DNA of 64,000 nt from a virus. Below the pieces are notes generated by a model. It was not told where the DNA came from. It saw nothing but the letters and a program-made list of their open reading frames with translations, and searched no databases. Where the stretch lies: IMG/VR virus record IMGVR_UViG_3300017963_000271, positions 4,026-68,025 of that record; one strand, 5' to 3'. A program made the translations under genes and the position numbers. Below, piece after piece: positions 1-8,440 of the stretch (positions within the stretch are counted from its first letter, which is position 1; every line of letters begins with the position of its first letter).

Positions 1-233
1 ACAGAATTAGTGACATAGCAGAGATCCCGGGACAAGCGATTCATCATAAGGAGCTTCTCAAGCTCGGCTCCGGCCCGGGCCTGATACCAGAAGGGGCGCC
101 CCATTTTGTCTTCCCACTCTCCCGGGGCCTCTGCTATCATCATAATTGGAGCGTCCGGTGCTCCCTCCCCCCAAACTATTTTGTTTCGGGTTTTTGAGAG
201 AGGGCACTTTTCGCACGTCTCAGCTAATTGCAT
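1..233 (-). CDS. Family-4 uracil-DNA glycosylase domain, runs off the window edge (possibly the N-terminus of a SPO1-type DNA polymerase)
   Basis: Manual translation MQLAETCEKCPLSKTRNKIVWGEGAPDAPIMMIAEAPGEWEDKMGRPF...YVTNSV shows CxxC, GEG, EAPG, ED..GRPF and YVTN motifs of family-4 UDG. Not in the ORF track. Confidence 0.85.
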   Translation of the reverse strand, partial: MQLAETCEKCPLSKTRNKIVWGEGAPDAPIMMIAEAPGEWEDKMGRPFWYQARAGAELEKLLMMNRLSRDLCYVTNS

Positions 234-385
234 TAGAGGCCTATAATTTCACTCATAAGCTGCATCATAGCGAGATTCCACGCTGACGAGATTACGTAAG
301 CAGTCAGATAACAAAATAACAGCCAGGTGAACAATGAAATAGCCGAAATACTCATGACTGTAAGCATGCGCCGGATAACATTCAT
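233..385 (-). CDS. Small membrane protein (50 aa)
   Basis: Manual translation MNVIRRMLTVMSISAISLFTWLLFCYLTAYVISSAW...; ATGA and TAATG overlaps couple it to both neighbours. Confidence 0.55.
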   Translation of the reverse strand: MNVIRRMLTVMSISAISLFTWLLFCYLTAYVISSAWNLAMMQLMSEIIGL

Positions 386-1116
386 ACTTTTTCTCCTCTC
401 AATTCTCTGTAGATAGATTCAGCCATCTTCGGGCCGATACCATCCACTTGTTTCAGATCTTCAACACTAGCAATAGCGAGTTGCTGCACAGACTGAAACC
501 GTTTGGCCAATTCCCCAGCGCGCTTCCACCCCACAGTCTCAAGCTCTTTTGCCACACGCTCGACGATACCGGGATATTGCAGGCGCACGCGATCTTTCAC
601 AGGCGGTGGGGCAATCTTGTGAAATGCAAGCAGGGCCTGATGCTGATCCCATGGCTTCTGCCACCAGCTATAAAGATGCCGTATCCAATGGCCACTTTCT
701 TTGACGGTCTTGGTCTGCCACATCTTGAGGCCGGCAATCGACTGTAGTGATGCGGCGAAGTTAGAAATCTCATGGTAGAGGTACTTCCTTCGCCCCCACT
801 CCATCCTACGCCAGCCACCCTTCATCTCCATAATTACATAATCATCGTCGGGTTTCCATATGCCCTCGAGAAGCAGCCAAATCTCATGATACTCTTTAAG
901 CAGGCCTATGAGTTGTTTGCCGGCCAGGCGCCCCGAATCCATGGAATCCACGAAATCGCTAATAGTCTTGCGCTCTATAGCGATTCGATATATCTGCCCC
1001 TCGGGACCGAACCCCATGAAGCAGGCATCACCATAGTCGAGGCGCGTGACCTCGCAGGGCATTTGCAGGTGCTTGGCCAGTTCTATGGAGCCTTTTCTGT
1101 CATCGATGTAGATCAT
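382..1116 (-). CDS. ERCC4/XPF-Mus81-type structure-specific nuclease with C-terminal HhH (likely resolvase)
   Basis: IDDR..GD..AIERKTISDF..S..GRL..Q catalytic motif; C-terminal LKQVDGIGPKMAE HhH. Confidence 0.85.
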   Translation of the reverse strand: MIYIDDRKGSIELAKHLQMPCEVTRLDYGDACFMGFGPEGQIYRIAIERKTISDFVDSMDSGRLAGKQLIGLLKEYHEIWLLLEGIWKPDDDYVIMEMKGGWRRMEWGRRKYLYHEISNFAASLQSIAGLKMWQTKTVKESGHWIRHLYSWWQKPWDQHQALLAFHKIAPPPVKDRVRLQYPGIVERVAKELETVGWKRAGELAKRFQSVQQLAIASVEDLKQVDGIGPKMAESIYRELRGEKV

Positions 1117-1334
1117 TCTATACTCTCTTCGATTTCATTTTTTGGGCGAATATATTCAGCCCGTATCGATTGAATGTCATCAACGGGCCAACCAAAAGAT
1201 TTTGGCGATAATGCTTCGGAAGATCCATGTATCCAGAATAGACTTCCGGAGACTTCATAAAATTCTACATCAAGAAAGGTTTCAGCGTGTCCTTCTTTAA
1301 ACTGAATTCGCATCTTAAACATAATCAGCTCCAA
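1113..1334 (-). CDS. Hypothetical protein
   Basis: 73-aa ORF overlapping both neighbours in the operon. Confidence 0.55.
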   Translation of the reverse strand: MELIMFKMRIQFKEGHAETFLDVEFYEVSGSLFWIHGSSEALSPKSFGWPVDDIQSIRAEYIRPKNEIEESIE

Positions 1335-2128
1335 TCATCCGGTGACGTGCCCTCAATGATTTGACATGCCACAAAGGGAAACGTAGCCATAGGACCCTCG
1401 AACACTTCACCTACGACCATAGGGTTATGCCGGCTCTCAAGGATCTCTACGGAAAAAGGCGGCGTGACATCATATCCTTTGGCCTCCATGTCGCGCTTAT
1501 AAATCCTTCGCACACGACACATGCCCTGGACGAGGTATCCCGTGTTGTTAAAGCCGGATCTCTCATAGGTCCCATCCCATACCGAATCAGCCTTGTCTCC
1601 TTTGTTGACATACTTCTTTTTCATCTGATGAAGAAAGATGACATTCTTATCAGACTTGTCAAGCGGCATGCGGATCACGCGGCGGAATTCTGAATTGATG
1701 TGAACATAGTGATGAGGCTTGACCTGGGAGATCTTACCGAAATAAGCCACCCGGGCGAGATCCCAGAGCTCCGTGGCTGTATCCACAACAATTGTTCGCA
1801 CGTCTTTGATACCCAGGATGCGCTCCCACACGTCCACGAACTTGTTCCATTGTTGCTCCGCTTCAGTCTGTGTCGTCTGTGTATTGAGCTGCGGCATTGG
1901 CAGGTTGTAAACCTTTATTTCCTTGTCCGGGAACTTGCTGATTACGCCTTCAAGTCCAACATCCATGTTGAAAAGGAGTACGGGTCCCGGCGCGCCCAAT
2001 GCAAAATGTGTCTTTCCCTGTTTCTCCAGCCCCTCAACGCTCAAGATTATACGCTTGTGTATAGTTGTGTCAGCAGTCTCGAATCCCAAGCCTTGAAGTA
2101 CGGCGGCATTAGCTTGTGAAATTGTCAT
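1325..2128 (-). CDS. Sak4/AAA_24-like P-loop ATPase (recombination)
   Basis: Walker A GLEKQGKT, Walker B IVVDT; adjacent to a PD-(D/E)XK nuclease. Confidence 0.7.
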   Translation of the reverse strand: MTISQANAAVLQGLGFETADTTIHKRIILSVEGLEKQGKTHFALGAPGPVLLFNMDVGLEGVISKFPDKEIKVYNLPMPQLNTQTTQTEAEQQWNKFVDVWERILGIKDVRTIVVDTATELWDLARVAYFGKISQVKPHHYVHINSEFRRVIRMPLDKSDKNVIFLHQMKKKYVNKGDKADSVWDGTYERSGFNNTGYLVQGMCRVRRIYKRDMEAKGYDVTPPFSVEILESRHNPMVVGEVFEGPMATFPFVACQIIEGTSPDDWS

Positions 2129-2758
2129 CTATTTTCCTCCTCTTTTTAGCACGTCATCATAACACCAAATATCCTCAGCCCGCATTTTCTTGGCGTGATT
2201 TAAAATCATTTCCCAGTTCTCATCGATCTCTTGCTGCGTGTATGTAAACAGGTACGGCCCGGGGGCTTGTGGACCTTTGCGCTCTTTCCAGTCCCCAAAG
2301 AGATAAAGTATCCTGAGCAGTGTAGCATCAGTTCCAATCATCTTGCAATATGCTTTGAACTGTGTCATGTAATAGAAGTTATCTTCAAGCGGGTGCCGGA
2401 TTGATTTCCACGTGACTTTGTACTCATGATCACAGCCGCGATTAGGATCGAGTGGGTGCTCACCAAAGCCGTCAGGGGAGCCTATGATGTTGTCAAGTTC
2501 TAGCTCATCCAGGCGTACAGCTTCGGGGATATAGCGCTTGGCGTAGGCGTCTTCAAGAACCTCTTCCCAGCAGAAGCCTATCTCTGCGGCGATGTTAAGT
2601 TCCCAGTCGGCATAAGGCGCGATGTCGAGTAGATACATGATGTAGCGTATGATGTCAGATACGTGAAGCTTGCCGGTCTCCTTAGCCTGGCTGCGCGGGA
2701 GTCCTGAGCCGACAGGGATGAATGGTTGTTGGAGATCTGTGACTATCATGAGGGCCAC
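2129..2758 (-). CDS. PD-(D/E)XK exonuclease (Cas4/RecB-like fold)
   Basis: LHVSD, GSPDG, HEYKVT and QFKAYC motifs. Confidence 0.7.
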   Translation of the reverse strand: MALMIVTDLQQPFIPVGSGLPRSQAKETGKLHVSDIIRYIMYLLDIAPYADWELNIAAEIGFCWEEVLEDAYAKRYIPEAVRLDELELDNIIGSPDGFGEHPLDPNRGCDHEYKVTWKSIRHPLEDNFYYMTQFKAYCKMIGTDATLLRILYLFGDWKERKGPQAPGPYLFTYTQQEIDENWEMILNHAKKMRAEDIWCYDDVLKRGGK

Positions 2759-2925
2759 TTCTTCACTTTCTCCCGGAATAACCGGGCCAGTTCTGTTGCC
2801 ATGCGCTCCAACTCTTTTGCTTCGTGTTGTTTCCAGGCATTAAGGCCGGAGTCTTTACCGTGACAGTAACCCCATGCCGCGCCCACTACAAATGCGAATG
2901 CTATACCTAAGATCCATAAAATCAT
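2746..2925 (-). CDS. Small membrane protein
   Basis: MILWILGIAFAFVVGAAWGY; ATG at 2925 follows GGGAG, formed by the end of the GGY array. The ORF-track start at 2973 lies inside the array. Confidence 0.6.
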   Translation of the reverse strand: MILWILGIAFAFVVGAAWGYCHGKDSGLNAWKQHEAKELERMATELARLFREKVKKWPS

Positions 2926-2934
2926 TTTAATTCT

Positions 2935-3209
2935 CCCTGCCACACCTCGCCAAGCCTCGCCACGCCTTGGCATACCAAATCAAAGTTCCTTACCATACCA
3001 CGACCCACCATACCTCAACCCGCCTAACCTCACCTTATCAATTCCTTGCCTTGCCTTAACACGCCCCAACAAACCTTGCCATCCCATGTCTATAAATCCC
3101 TGCCTTGCCCCGCCAGGCTTCACCCTACCAAAACCAGCCACGCCTGATCGGATAAATCCCTGCCAAACCATAACCTGCCTCACCAAACCGAGCCTAGACA
3201 AGCCACGCC
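2935..3209 (-). ncRNA. Array of five GGY-NN pentamer units, putative guide-RNA array
   Basis: Minus strand: 10, 10, 9, 9 and 8 pentamers in strict 5-nt phase, mostly GG(C/T)NN; each unit ends GG(C/T)A(A/G)-GG and units are separated by AT-rich linkers of 7-11 nt. Confidence 0.8.
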
Positions 3210-3216
3210 GTAATTG

Positions 3217-3813
3217 TCATACCAAAAACTGCGCACTAAAACGTCCGTATTGAGGTCGGTGATCACAGAATCCAACAAAATGCCCACAATTTTCTACCGC
3301 CGAGATCAGCGTGTCTTTACTGATAAAATCCGGATTATAAACATAGGACACTTCACAAGACCAATTATGAAAGATGGGACGCGCCCGCAGGATCTTCCTC
3401 TTTTGTACATTGACCATTGTAATATACACATGTTCCTCAAAAAACTTGTCAAGCTCAGGATTGGGAAATATGTCTGTCGGAGTAAATTCGATCCGTGTAC
3501 CGTCATACTTTAAGGGTACTGCCGAGACAACCTGTGCACCACTCTCAAAAAGAGGACCTGTCCGCGTCTTCCGCGCGCCCATAAGCGTCGCTTTGTATAA
3601 AACCTCAATTGGAAGTACCACTATTCCATTTTCTGTGTAAAGTCCGCCCTCCCATTCGAGTCGTGCAAGGTAATACAGATCTGCTTCGGTCTTGTTTCTC
3701 TTTTTTGCCAAAGGACTTATCACCTTTGCAGGTTTTGCCAACGGATTTGCCAATATTCCGTTGTGCATGATCAAAGAACTGATTCCTTCTAACTTCATTT
3801 TCAATGTTTCCAT
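3217..3813 (-). CDS. Stand-alone Cas7/RAMP-like protein paired with the GGY-NN array
   Basis: LEGISSLIMHN first strand, VVLPIEVLYKAT (like the RAMP P.IPGSSLKG motif), RARPIF..W, and C-terminal G-loop GFCDHRPQYGRF; strong GGAGGAGG RBS. Confidence 0.7.
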   Translation of the reverse strand: METLKMKLEGISSLIMHNGILANPLAKPAKVISPLAKKRNKTEADLYYLARLEWEGGLYTENGIVVLPIEVLYKATLMGARKTRTGPLFESGAQVVSAVPLKYDGTRIEFTPTDIFPNPELDKFFEEHVYITMVNVQKRKILRARPIFHNWSCEVSYVYNPDFISKDTLISAVENCGHFVGFCDHRPQYGRFSAQFLV

Positions 3814-3885
3814 GCCTTGTTTCCTCCTCCGGTTCTTGTATGTGTATAATTCTAACTATGCCTCCGCCCATCAGCGCCCCTCCTA

Positions 3886-4698
3886 CTATCTGCCTTCCTG
3901 GTGTGAATCAAGCTTCCAGATGCGATGCTCCCACGTGTAATGACCGTCAAGAATATCAAAAAAGACTAGGCCTGTTGTCGGATAAAATACCGAAGTCAAT
4001 TCCGTGGCAATGTTCCCTCCCCAGGTTTGAAGACAAGGAGTAATCATGGAGAGATATGTCTCGTCTCCACGATAATGGAATACATGCCTATGTGCCCGCA
4101 AAACAATGTCTGGAATATGCGCTGGAACACCATGTCGCGCATGATTGGCTACTACTACATTGTATTCTTTAGCCAGCACGTTACCAAGTGTGCGCGGATC
4201 GTTGGACCCACCGATCTTATGCTTGAGATGAAACCTGACACCATCGATGTTGTATTCTTCCACGATCTTGTGGAATTCATAGCCATACTTCTCGGCCAGG
4301 CGCTGCTCCACAGGCTTAGCAGTGTCCCCTACGTGCCAGCCGGTGCCCATGACAAAGACGCCCTTCTCAGCACTAATGCGCTGGAGGATAGTCTCGAATG
4401 CCAGGGCCTGGTTATCTATCTCATTGATCAGGATCTCATCATTACGGGCAGCCGTCTTGGATGGTCCGTGCACCGCATCTCCGAGATTGATGAGGTAATC
4501 TATCTTACCCAATCGGCCCACTTCCCGATCAAAGCATTTCCAAAGTTCCTTGCGCCGTGTGTTGTGGTAAGGCGAATCATAACCACAATCAGGAGAGATG
4601 AGCCCTGTTGTCGCTCCGGTATGCGTGTCACTAATGACGAGTGCGCGTTTGCGCTGCTCACTCTCGAGCTGCTTTTTACTGAATCGTTCTAACCACAT
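3886..4698 (-). CDS. Calcineurin-like metallophosphoesterase
   Basis: SDTH, LGDAVHG, GTGWH, H and AHRH metal-binding motifs. Confidence 0.8.
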   Translation of the reverse strand: MWLERFSKKQLESEQRKRALVISDTHTGATTGLISPDCGYDSPYHNTRRKELWKCFDREVGRLGKIDYLINLGDAVHGPSKTAARNDEILINEIDNQALAFETILQRISAEKGVFVMGTGWHVGDTAKPVEQRLAEKYGYEFHKIVEEYNIDGVRFHLKHKIGGSNDPRTLGNVLAKEYNVVVANHARHGVPAHIPDIVLRAHRHVFHYRGDETYLSMITPCLQTWGGNIATELTSVFYPTTGLVFFDILDGHYTWEHRIWKLDSHQEGR

Positions 4699-4711
4699 GG
4701 TAAGGTCTCCT

Positions 4712-4939
4712 TTATTCGATAATTAGTGTGCCGTCGTCCCCCACAGGCAGTACAAAATCGCGTGGTAAGCATGTTACCTTGCGCACAACGCCATCAGGTC
4801 TAAATTGAAGCAAATACCAGCGGGCGCCCGCGCTATCCACAAGTGTAAGGGTGACAACACCTTTGGGATCTTTCACTAATTCTAATTCCACGGTTTCTTT
4901 GTTTCTAAGGATAATTTCTTCTTGAATCGTCAATTGCAT
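4712..4939 (-). CDS. Hypothetical protein
   Basis: 75-aa ORF with AGGAGGAGG RBS. Confidence 0.65.
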   Translation of the reverse strand: MQLTIQEEIILRNKETVELELVKDPKGVVTLTLVDSAGARWYLLQFRPDGVVRKVTCLPRDFVLPVGDDGTLIIE

Positions 4940-5027
4940 GTTGCCTCCTCCTAAGATGTGAGTACCTGGGGGCTGTTACACCCCCAGGCAGAGATTGCTC
5001 AACCTTCAATCGAGCGGTCTTTTCGAG

Positions 5028-5789
5028 CTACTTATCTTTGGCGAAGATGACGCCTTCGACCACGTTGAAATGCTGGCTGACAAACTCATCCTTGAACAGC
5101 ATTTGAAGAATCACGTTTTTGGCGGGATTCTCTTTCAGCATCTCATAGATCTTCGTGGGAAGGTCTTTCTTCTCCAGTTTGCCGTTGGCCGCGAGATACT
5201 TATTCACGACTTCAATGGCTTGGGCCTCGACGTCCGCCGCAGGGGCAGCGTCTTGCTTCGGCGCTTCGGCTTTGGGGCCTTCACCCTGAGCGCCCAGAAT
5301 GGACTGCACGATAAGGACGGTATCCTCATAGGCTTTACCGGTGGCCGGATTGATCTTCTTTTTCTTGTCGAGGCCGGCGCGGGTTGGGGCTGCCACGCGG
5401 ATCATGTGGCACTTCAGGCCGTTCAGGGCCGCGAAGCCCTTGTCACCGTCCAACTGCTCGACAGGATATCCGGCTTCCTTGAGGGACTTGTACAGCAAGA
5501 AGTAGTTGCAGCTCTCGCTGAGCATGTCCTTGGTCCCCACCTTGACGATGTAGGAACCATCCTCGGACGCCATCCAGTCTTCGTGTTTCCCGATGGACCA
5601 ATACTGCCTGGTCACATCGTCCTCACCTTCACCGTAAACGAGCGTGATGCCCAGGGCTGGGTTGGGCGGAATCACGCTGCCATTGTAGTCATACATCTCG
5701 GCGCGGACATCGCTGAACACGACATCGACGTCGTCCAGTAGACCACCCTTGGCGAATTCGGTGAGACTTGCTCTTTTCTGTTCTACCAT
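5028..5789 (-). CDS. Hypothetical replication-module protein (possible ssDNA-binding protein)
   Basis: 253 aa, RBS, beta-rich N-terminus plus Ala/Pro linker; function inferred from position only. Confidence 0.45.
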   Translation of the reverse strand: MVEQKRASLTEFAKGGLLDDVDVVFSDVRAEMYDYNGSVIPPNPALGITLVYGEGEDDVTRQYWSIGKHEDWMASEDGSYIVKVGTKDMLSESCNYFLLYKSLKEAGYPVEQLDGDKGFAALNGLKCHMIRVAAPTRAGLDKKKKINPATGKAYEDTVLIVQSILGAQGEGPKAEAPKQDAAPAADVEAQAIEVVNKYLAANGKLEKKDLPTKIYEMLKENPAKNVILQMLFKDEFVSQHFNVVEGVIFAKDK

Positions 5790-5801
5790 AAGCGTTACCT
5801 C

Positions 5802-6362
5802 CTATTCGGTAATGTTTGTGATCACAGCATCACCGGGCTTTGGGCCTGGAAAATGCTTGGCCAATGTGGGTTCAGGGACCCACTCGTTTCTCGACTCTTC
5901 CTTCACCTCCTTTCGAAAGTGCTCCATGTGATCGGGCACTAGCTGGTCCAGGATAAACGCATAGTCAGCCACGTCTAAATGCCGGCCGCGCAACCCCTCG
6001 CCAGATTCTTGTTTACCACGCTTGGTAAACGTGATCAAGGAAAACACGTGCTTGAGAAAGTAGATCATACAAATAGTGTAGGCTGTGATCGGGGCGCCCT
6101 CCAACAAGTCCGCTATCACCCGGAAGTTGGTATAAGCATCCTCGTCATCCTTGCCGGCTGTGTAGTCATGACCCTTGCCAAGCAGTATCTTCCGTTGTTC
6201 CAAGGCAAACTGTTCAAACGCCTCCATACGTTCTTTGACTGTGGGAACATTCAATTTCCAGGGCGTCTTCTCTGAATTGCCTTTAGGGGAATTCTTGGTG
6301 CACTCATCCAGTTCCCGTACAGCTTTGTTAAACTCATAGGTAACATCTTTTCCTGTACTCAT
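5802..6362 (-). CDS. Nucleotide-modification-associated (Nmad1-like) alpha-helical protein
   Basis: LLGKGHDY...YTNF...LKH...DVADYA pattern typical of this MazG-like phage family. Confidence 0.5.
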   Translation of the reverse strand: MSTGKDVTYEFNKAVRELDECTKNSPKGNSEKTPWKLNVPTVKERMEAFEQFALEQRKILLGKGHDYTAGKDDEDAYTNFRVIADLLEGAPITAYTICMIYFLKHVFSLITFTKRGKQESGEGLRGRHLDVADYAFILDQLVPDHMEHFRKEVKEESRNEWVPEPTLAKHFPGPKPGDAVITNITE

Positions 6363-6374
6363 GTTGTCTCCTCC

Positions 6375-6626
6375 TTACATGGGTCCAAGCCACGGCCTTG
6401 CGGGCGGATCGGGTACAAAACATAATGAGTATTCCCGAGTCCAATCCACTACCCAAGATCCATGTTCTGTGTGACAGTAAATAGGTTGCGCCATGATAAC
6501 TCGATACAACCAACCATCCACAACTTTTAAGCGTTCTGTGTCACTGTTTATTCTTTGCCACTTCGGTTCCGTTGGCGTTGGGTCGAGAGCTTCTTGTCCT
6601 GGCATGTCATTTTGTCCTATGTCCAT
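6375..6626 (-). CDS. Hypothetical protein
   Basis: 83 aa; TERLKVVDGWLYR...FVPDP pattern seen in small phage proteins; strong RBS. Confidence 0.6.
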   Translation of the reverse strand: MDIGQNDMPGQEALDPTPTEPKWQRINSDTERLKVVDGWLYRVIMAQPIYCHTEHGSWVVDWTREYSLCFVPDPPARPWLGPM

Positions 6627-6638
6627 GTCGTCTCCTCC

Positions 6639-8204
6639 TTAGTCTAACGGTGGCGGAGGCGGAGCAGCCATCCTAGAGCTATATGCCTCCATAAACCATT
6701 CAGTAGCGAAAGACTGATACCTTTTTAAGAACCATTGAATGTTGTCGTCGATGATAAAGGTCTCGGCCCAATCGTCTTCAGCCCTGACGCCGCGGCCCAC
6801 TGTCTGCATGAGCTGCTGCATGGCAATGTACGGAGCATAGTCTTTATCAGCTTCCATCCTGGCTTTGATAATCTTGCTGCGTGTGTCCGGGTAAGGGACC
6901 TTGCCCAGGATCTGAAAACGTGTTGTGTCATAGGGGAAGTCCCAACCAGTCGTAACACTCGGGCTCACTAGGATCAGTGGTACATCTGAGTTTTTGAACT
7001 GCTGCACTCGAGACACTGTGTTCTTGGAATCATGCGTCAACATCATGTAGGCGAATTCGGAATTGGCCATGATCAAATCACGGCGGGCGTAGCTTGTGGT
7101 GTGTATGATTCCTTTACGATCCTGTCTGGGCCGAAGTATTTGGTCAATTCTTCTCAGCCAGAGGTTCATGTGCTCCTGGGTTGTGCGGTAATTGATCCGC
7201 GCCGTTGGTAAGTGGATTAACTGCCGGTTCTCTTTTGGAAAGGAGGAGGGAAATTCATACAGGTCCATGTCGTCATCTCTCACCCCGAGCATCTCCAATG
7301 TCTTCTTCCGCACAGAGGCGGACGTCACCATTATGTGTGGGATGTCCATAAATAGCGCGTCCTGGGCGAAGTCATTGGTCCAGATGGGAGAAAACTGCAC
7401 AAAGGAACCGGCAGTCTCCACTACCCAGTTTTCAGTATCCATGTGAGCCAGGCGCTTGATATCTTGCAAAATGCGCGAGACTTTGGCGAGGCGCCGACCA
7501 GCTCTGTTATCACCCCAGCGCACCTTGTCGGCCAAAAGATCGGTTTCTTCCTGGAGTGTCTCAATAGTCTGGTCGGCCCATCTCGCCCACTGATTCATTG
7601 TGTATTCCTGCGGCGCTGACGGGAGTAGTGTGTGAAGAAGGTGATCAGTTTTGTCGAGACTGATTGTGAGAAAATCTGAGATCGCGTTGGGGGCATCATG
7701 GCCCTCGTCACACACGAGATAATCAACTGGTCCTAAACCGTCTGCGTACTTGTTGGAGTAGAGCCAGTATGAATAATTGGTTACGACAAGCTTAGCACGC
7801 CGCGCCTGGTTGACTGCTCGATAGTACTCACACTCGTCCGTATTTTTGAGAGGACATTTTACACCAGCGATGCAGGGGCCGGCGTCGCAGTTCACTTCCC
7901 CTTTGGCCATGGCGCAGGGGTAAGAGTTGCGGCCTCTGATGTCTACCATGCCGATGGGACCGAAGTCACGCATGAGCTGGGTTTGAAGCCCCTTGGTGGA
8001 GGTGAGAAATACCGCCCGTCCGCCCTGCATTATGGCAGACGTAACATATTGAACCGATTTTCCGCTACCTGTGGGACATACTGGCACGACTATGCGCTTC
8101 TCCGTGGATATGGCGCGACTGATGGCCTCGGCTTGATGTACGCGCCAGCTGCAAAACTTCTCCGGTAAACCAAATGCTTGGGGAGGGGGGAAGTCAGTCA
8201 TCAA
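6639..8204 (-). CDS. DinG/XPD-family SF2 helicase with Fe-S cysteines
   Basis: Q motif, PTGSGKS, GRNSYPC...C...C...CEYY, DEGH, SAS, G.DF, K.PYP and QTVGRGVR motifs. Confidence 0.88.
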   Translation of the reverse strand: MMTDFPPPQAFGLPEKFCSWRVHQAEAISRAISTEKRIVVPVCPTGSGKSVQYVTSAIMQGGRAVFLTSTKGLQTQLMRDFGPIGMVDIRGRNSYPCAMAKGEVNCDAGPCIAGVKCPLKNTDECEYYRAVNQARRAKLVVTNYSYWLYSNKYADGLGPVDYLVCDEGHDAPNAISDFLTISLDKTDHLLHTLLPSAPQEYTMNQWARWADQTIETLQEETDLLADKVRWGDNRAGRRLAKVSRILQDIKRLAHMDTENWVVETAGSFVQFSPIWTNDFAQDALFMDIPHIMVTSASVRKKTLEMLGVRDDDMDLYEFPSSFPKENRQLIHLPTARINYRTTQEHMNLWLRRIDQILRPRQDRKGIIHTTSYARRDLIMANSEFAYMMLTHDSKNTVSRVQQFKNSDVPLILVSPSVTTGWDFPYDTTRFQILGKVPYPDTRSKIIKARMEADKDYAPYIAMQQLMQTVGRGVRAEDDWAETFIIDDNIQWFLKRYQSFATEWFMEAYSSRMAAPPPPPLD

Positions 8205-8440
8205 TATTCACCCGCGTCATTCTGGCCATCCTGGTAGCCGCGATCATACCCCTCTTGCCTGCCTTCAGAGTATCCAACGTCTTTACCTGCCTTATAGCCC
8301 TTGTCGTACTCTTCATGAAGACAGTCACGACAAAGCGGAGCGTACACAGCTCCGGACTCCCCGCCCTCAAAATCATCCAAAAAAGCGCCACATTTATCAC
8401 AGTGCAGAAACATCATCTCTTTTCCTCCTTGCCTAAGCAA
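8201..8440 (-). CDS. Small Zn-finger protein with GxxxG repeats
   Basis: CDKC...CRDC and GYKAGKDVGYSEGRQEGYDRG; true start probably MMFLH. Confidence 0.55.
   Translation of the reverse strand: MLRQGGKEMMFLHCDKCGAFLDDFEGGESGAVYAPLCRDCLHEEYDKGYKAGKDVGYSEGRQEGYDRGYQDGQNDAGEY

Noticed and set aside
2129-2758. Cas4 as adaptation partner of the array
   Set aside because: No four-Cys Fe-S set is evident, and its pairing with a Sak4-like ATPase is a standard phage recombination module. A link is possible but unsupported.
2980-3201. 73-aa G/R-rich ORF, and the N-terminal extension of ORF 2746-2973
   Set aside because: TTG start without RBS; its composition is a by-product of a 5-nt periodicity that does not fit codon-level selection. 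Treated as non-coding array.
2935-3209. Classical CRISPR array or simple microsatellite
   Set aside because: No 25-45-nt identical repeats with spacers; variation is confined to two of five positions and the array is punctuated into units, unlike slippage repeats.
4965-4988. CCTGGGGG/CCCCCAGG hairpin as terminator
   Set aside because: Strong stem but no U-tract on the coding strand; function cannot be assigned.
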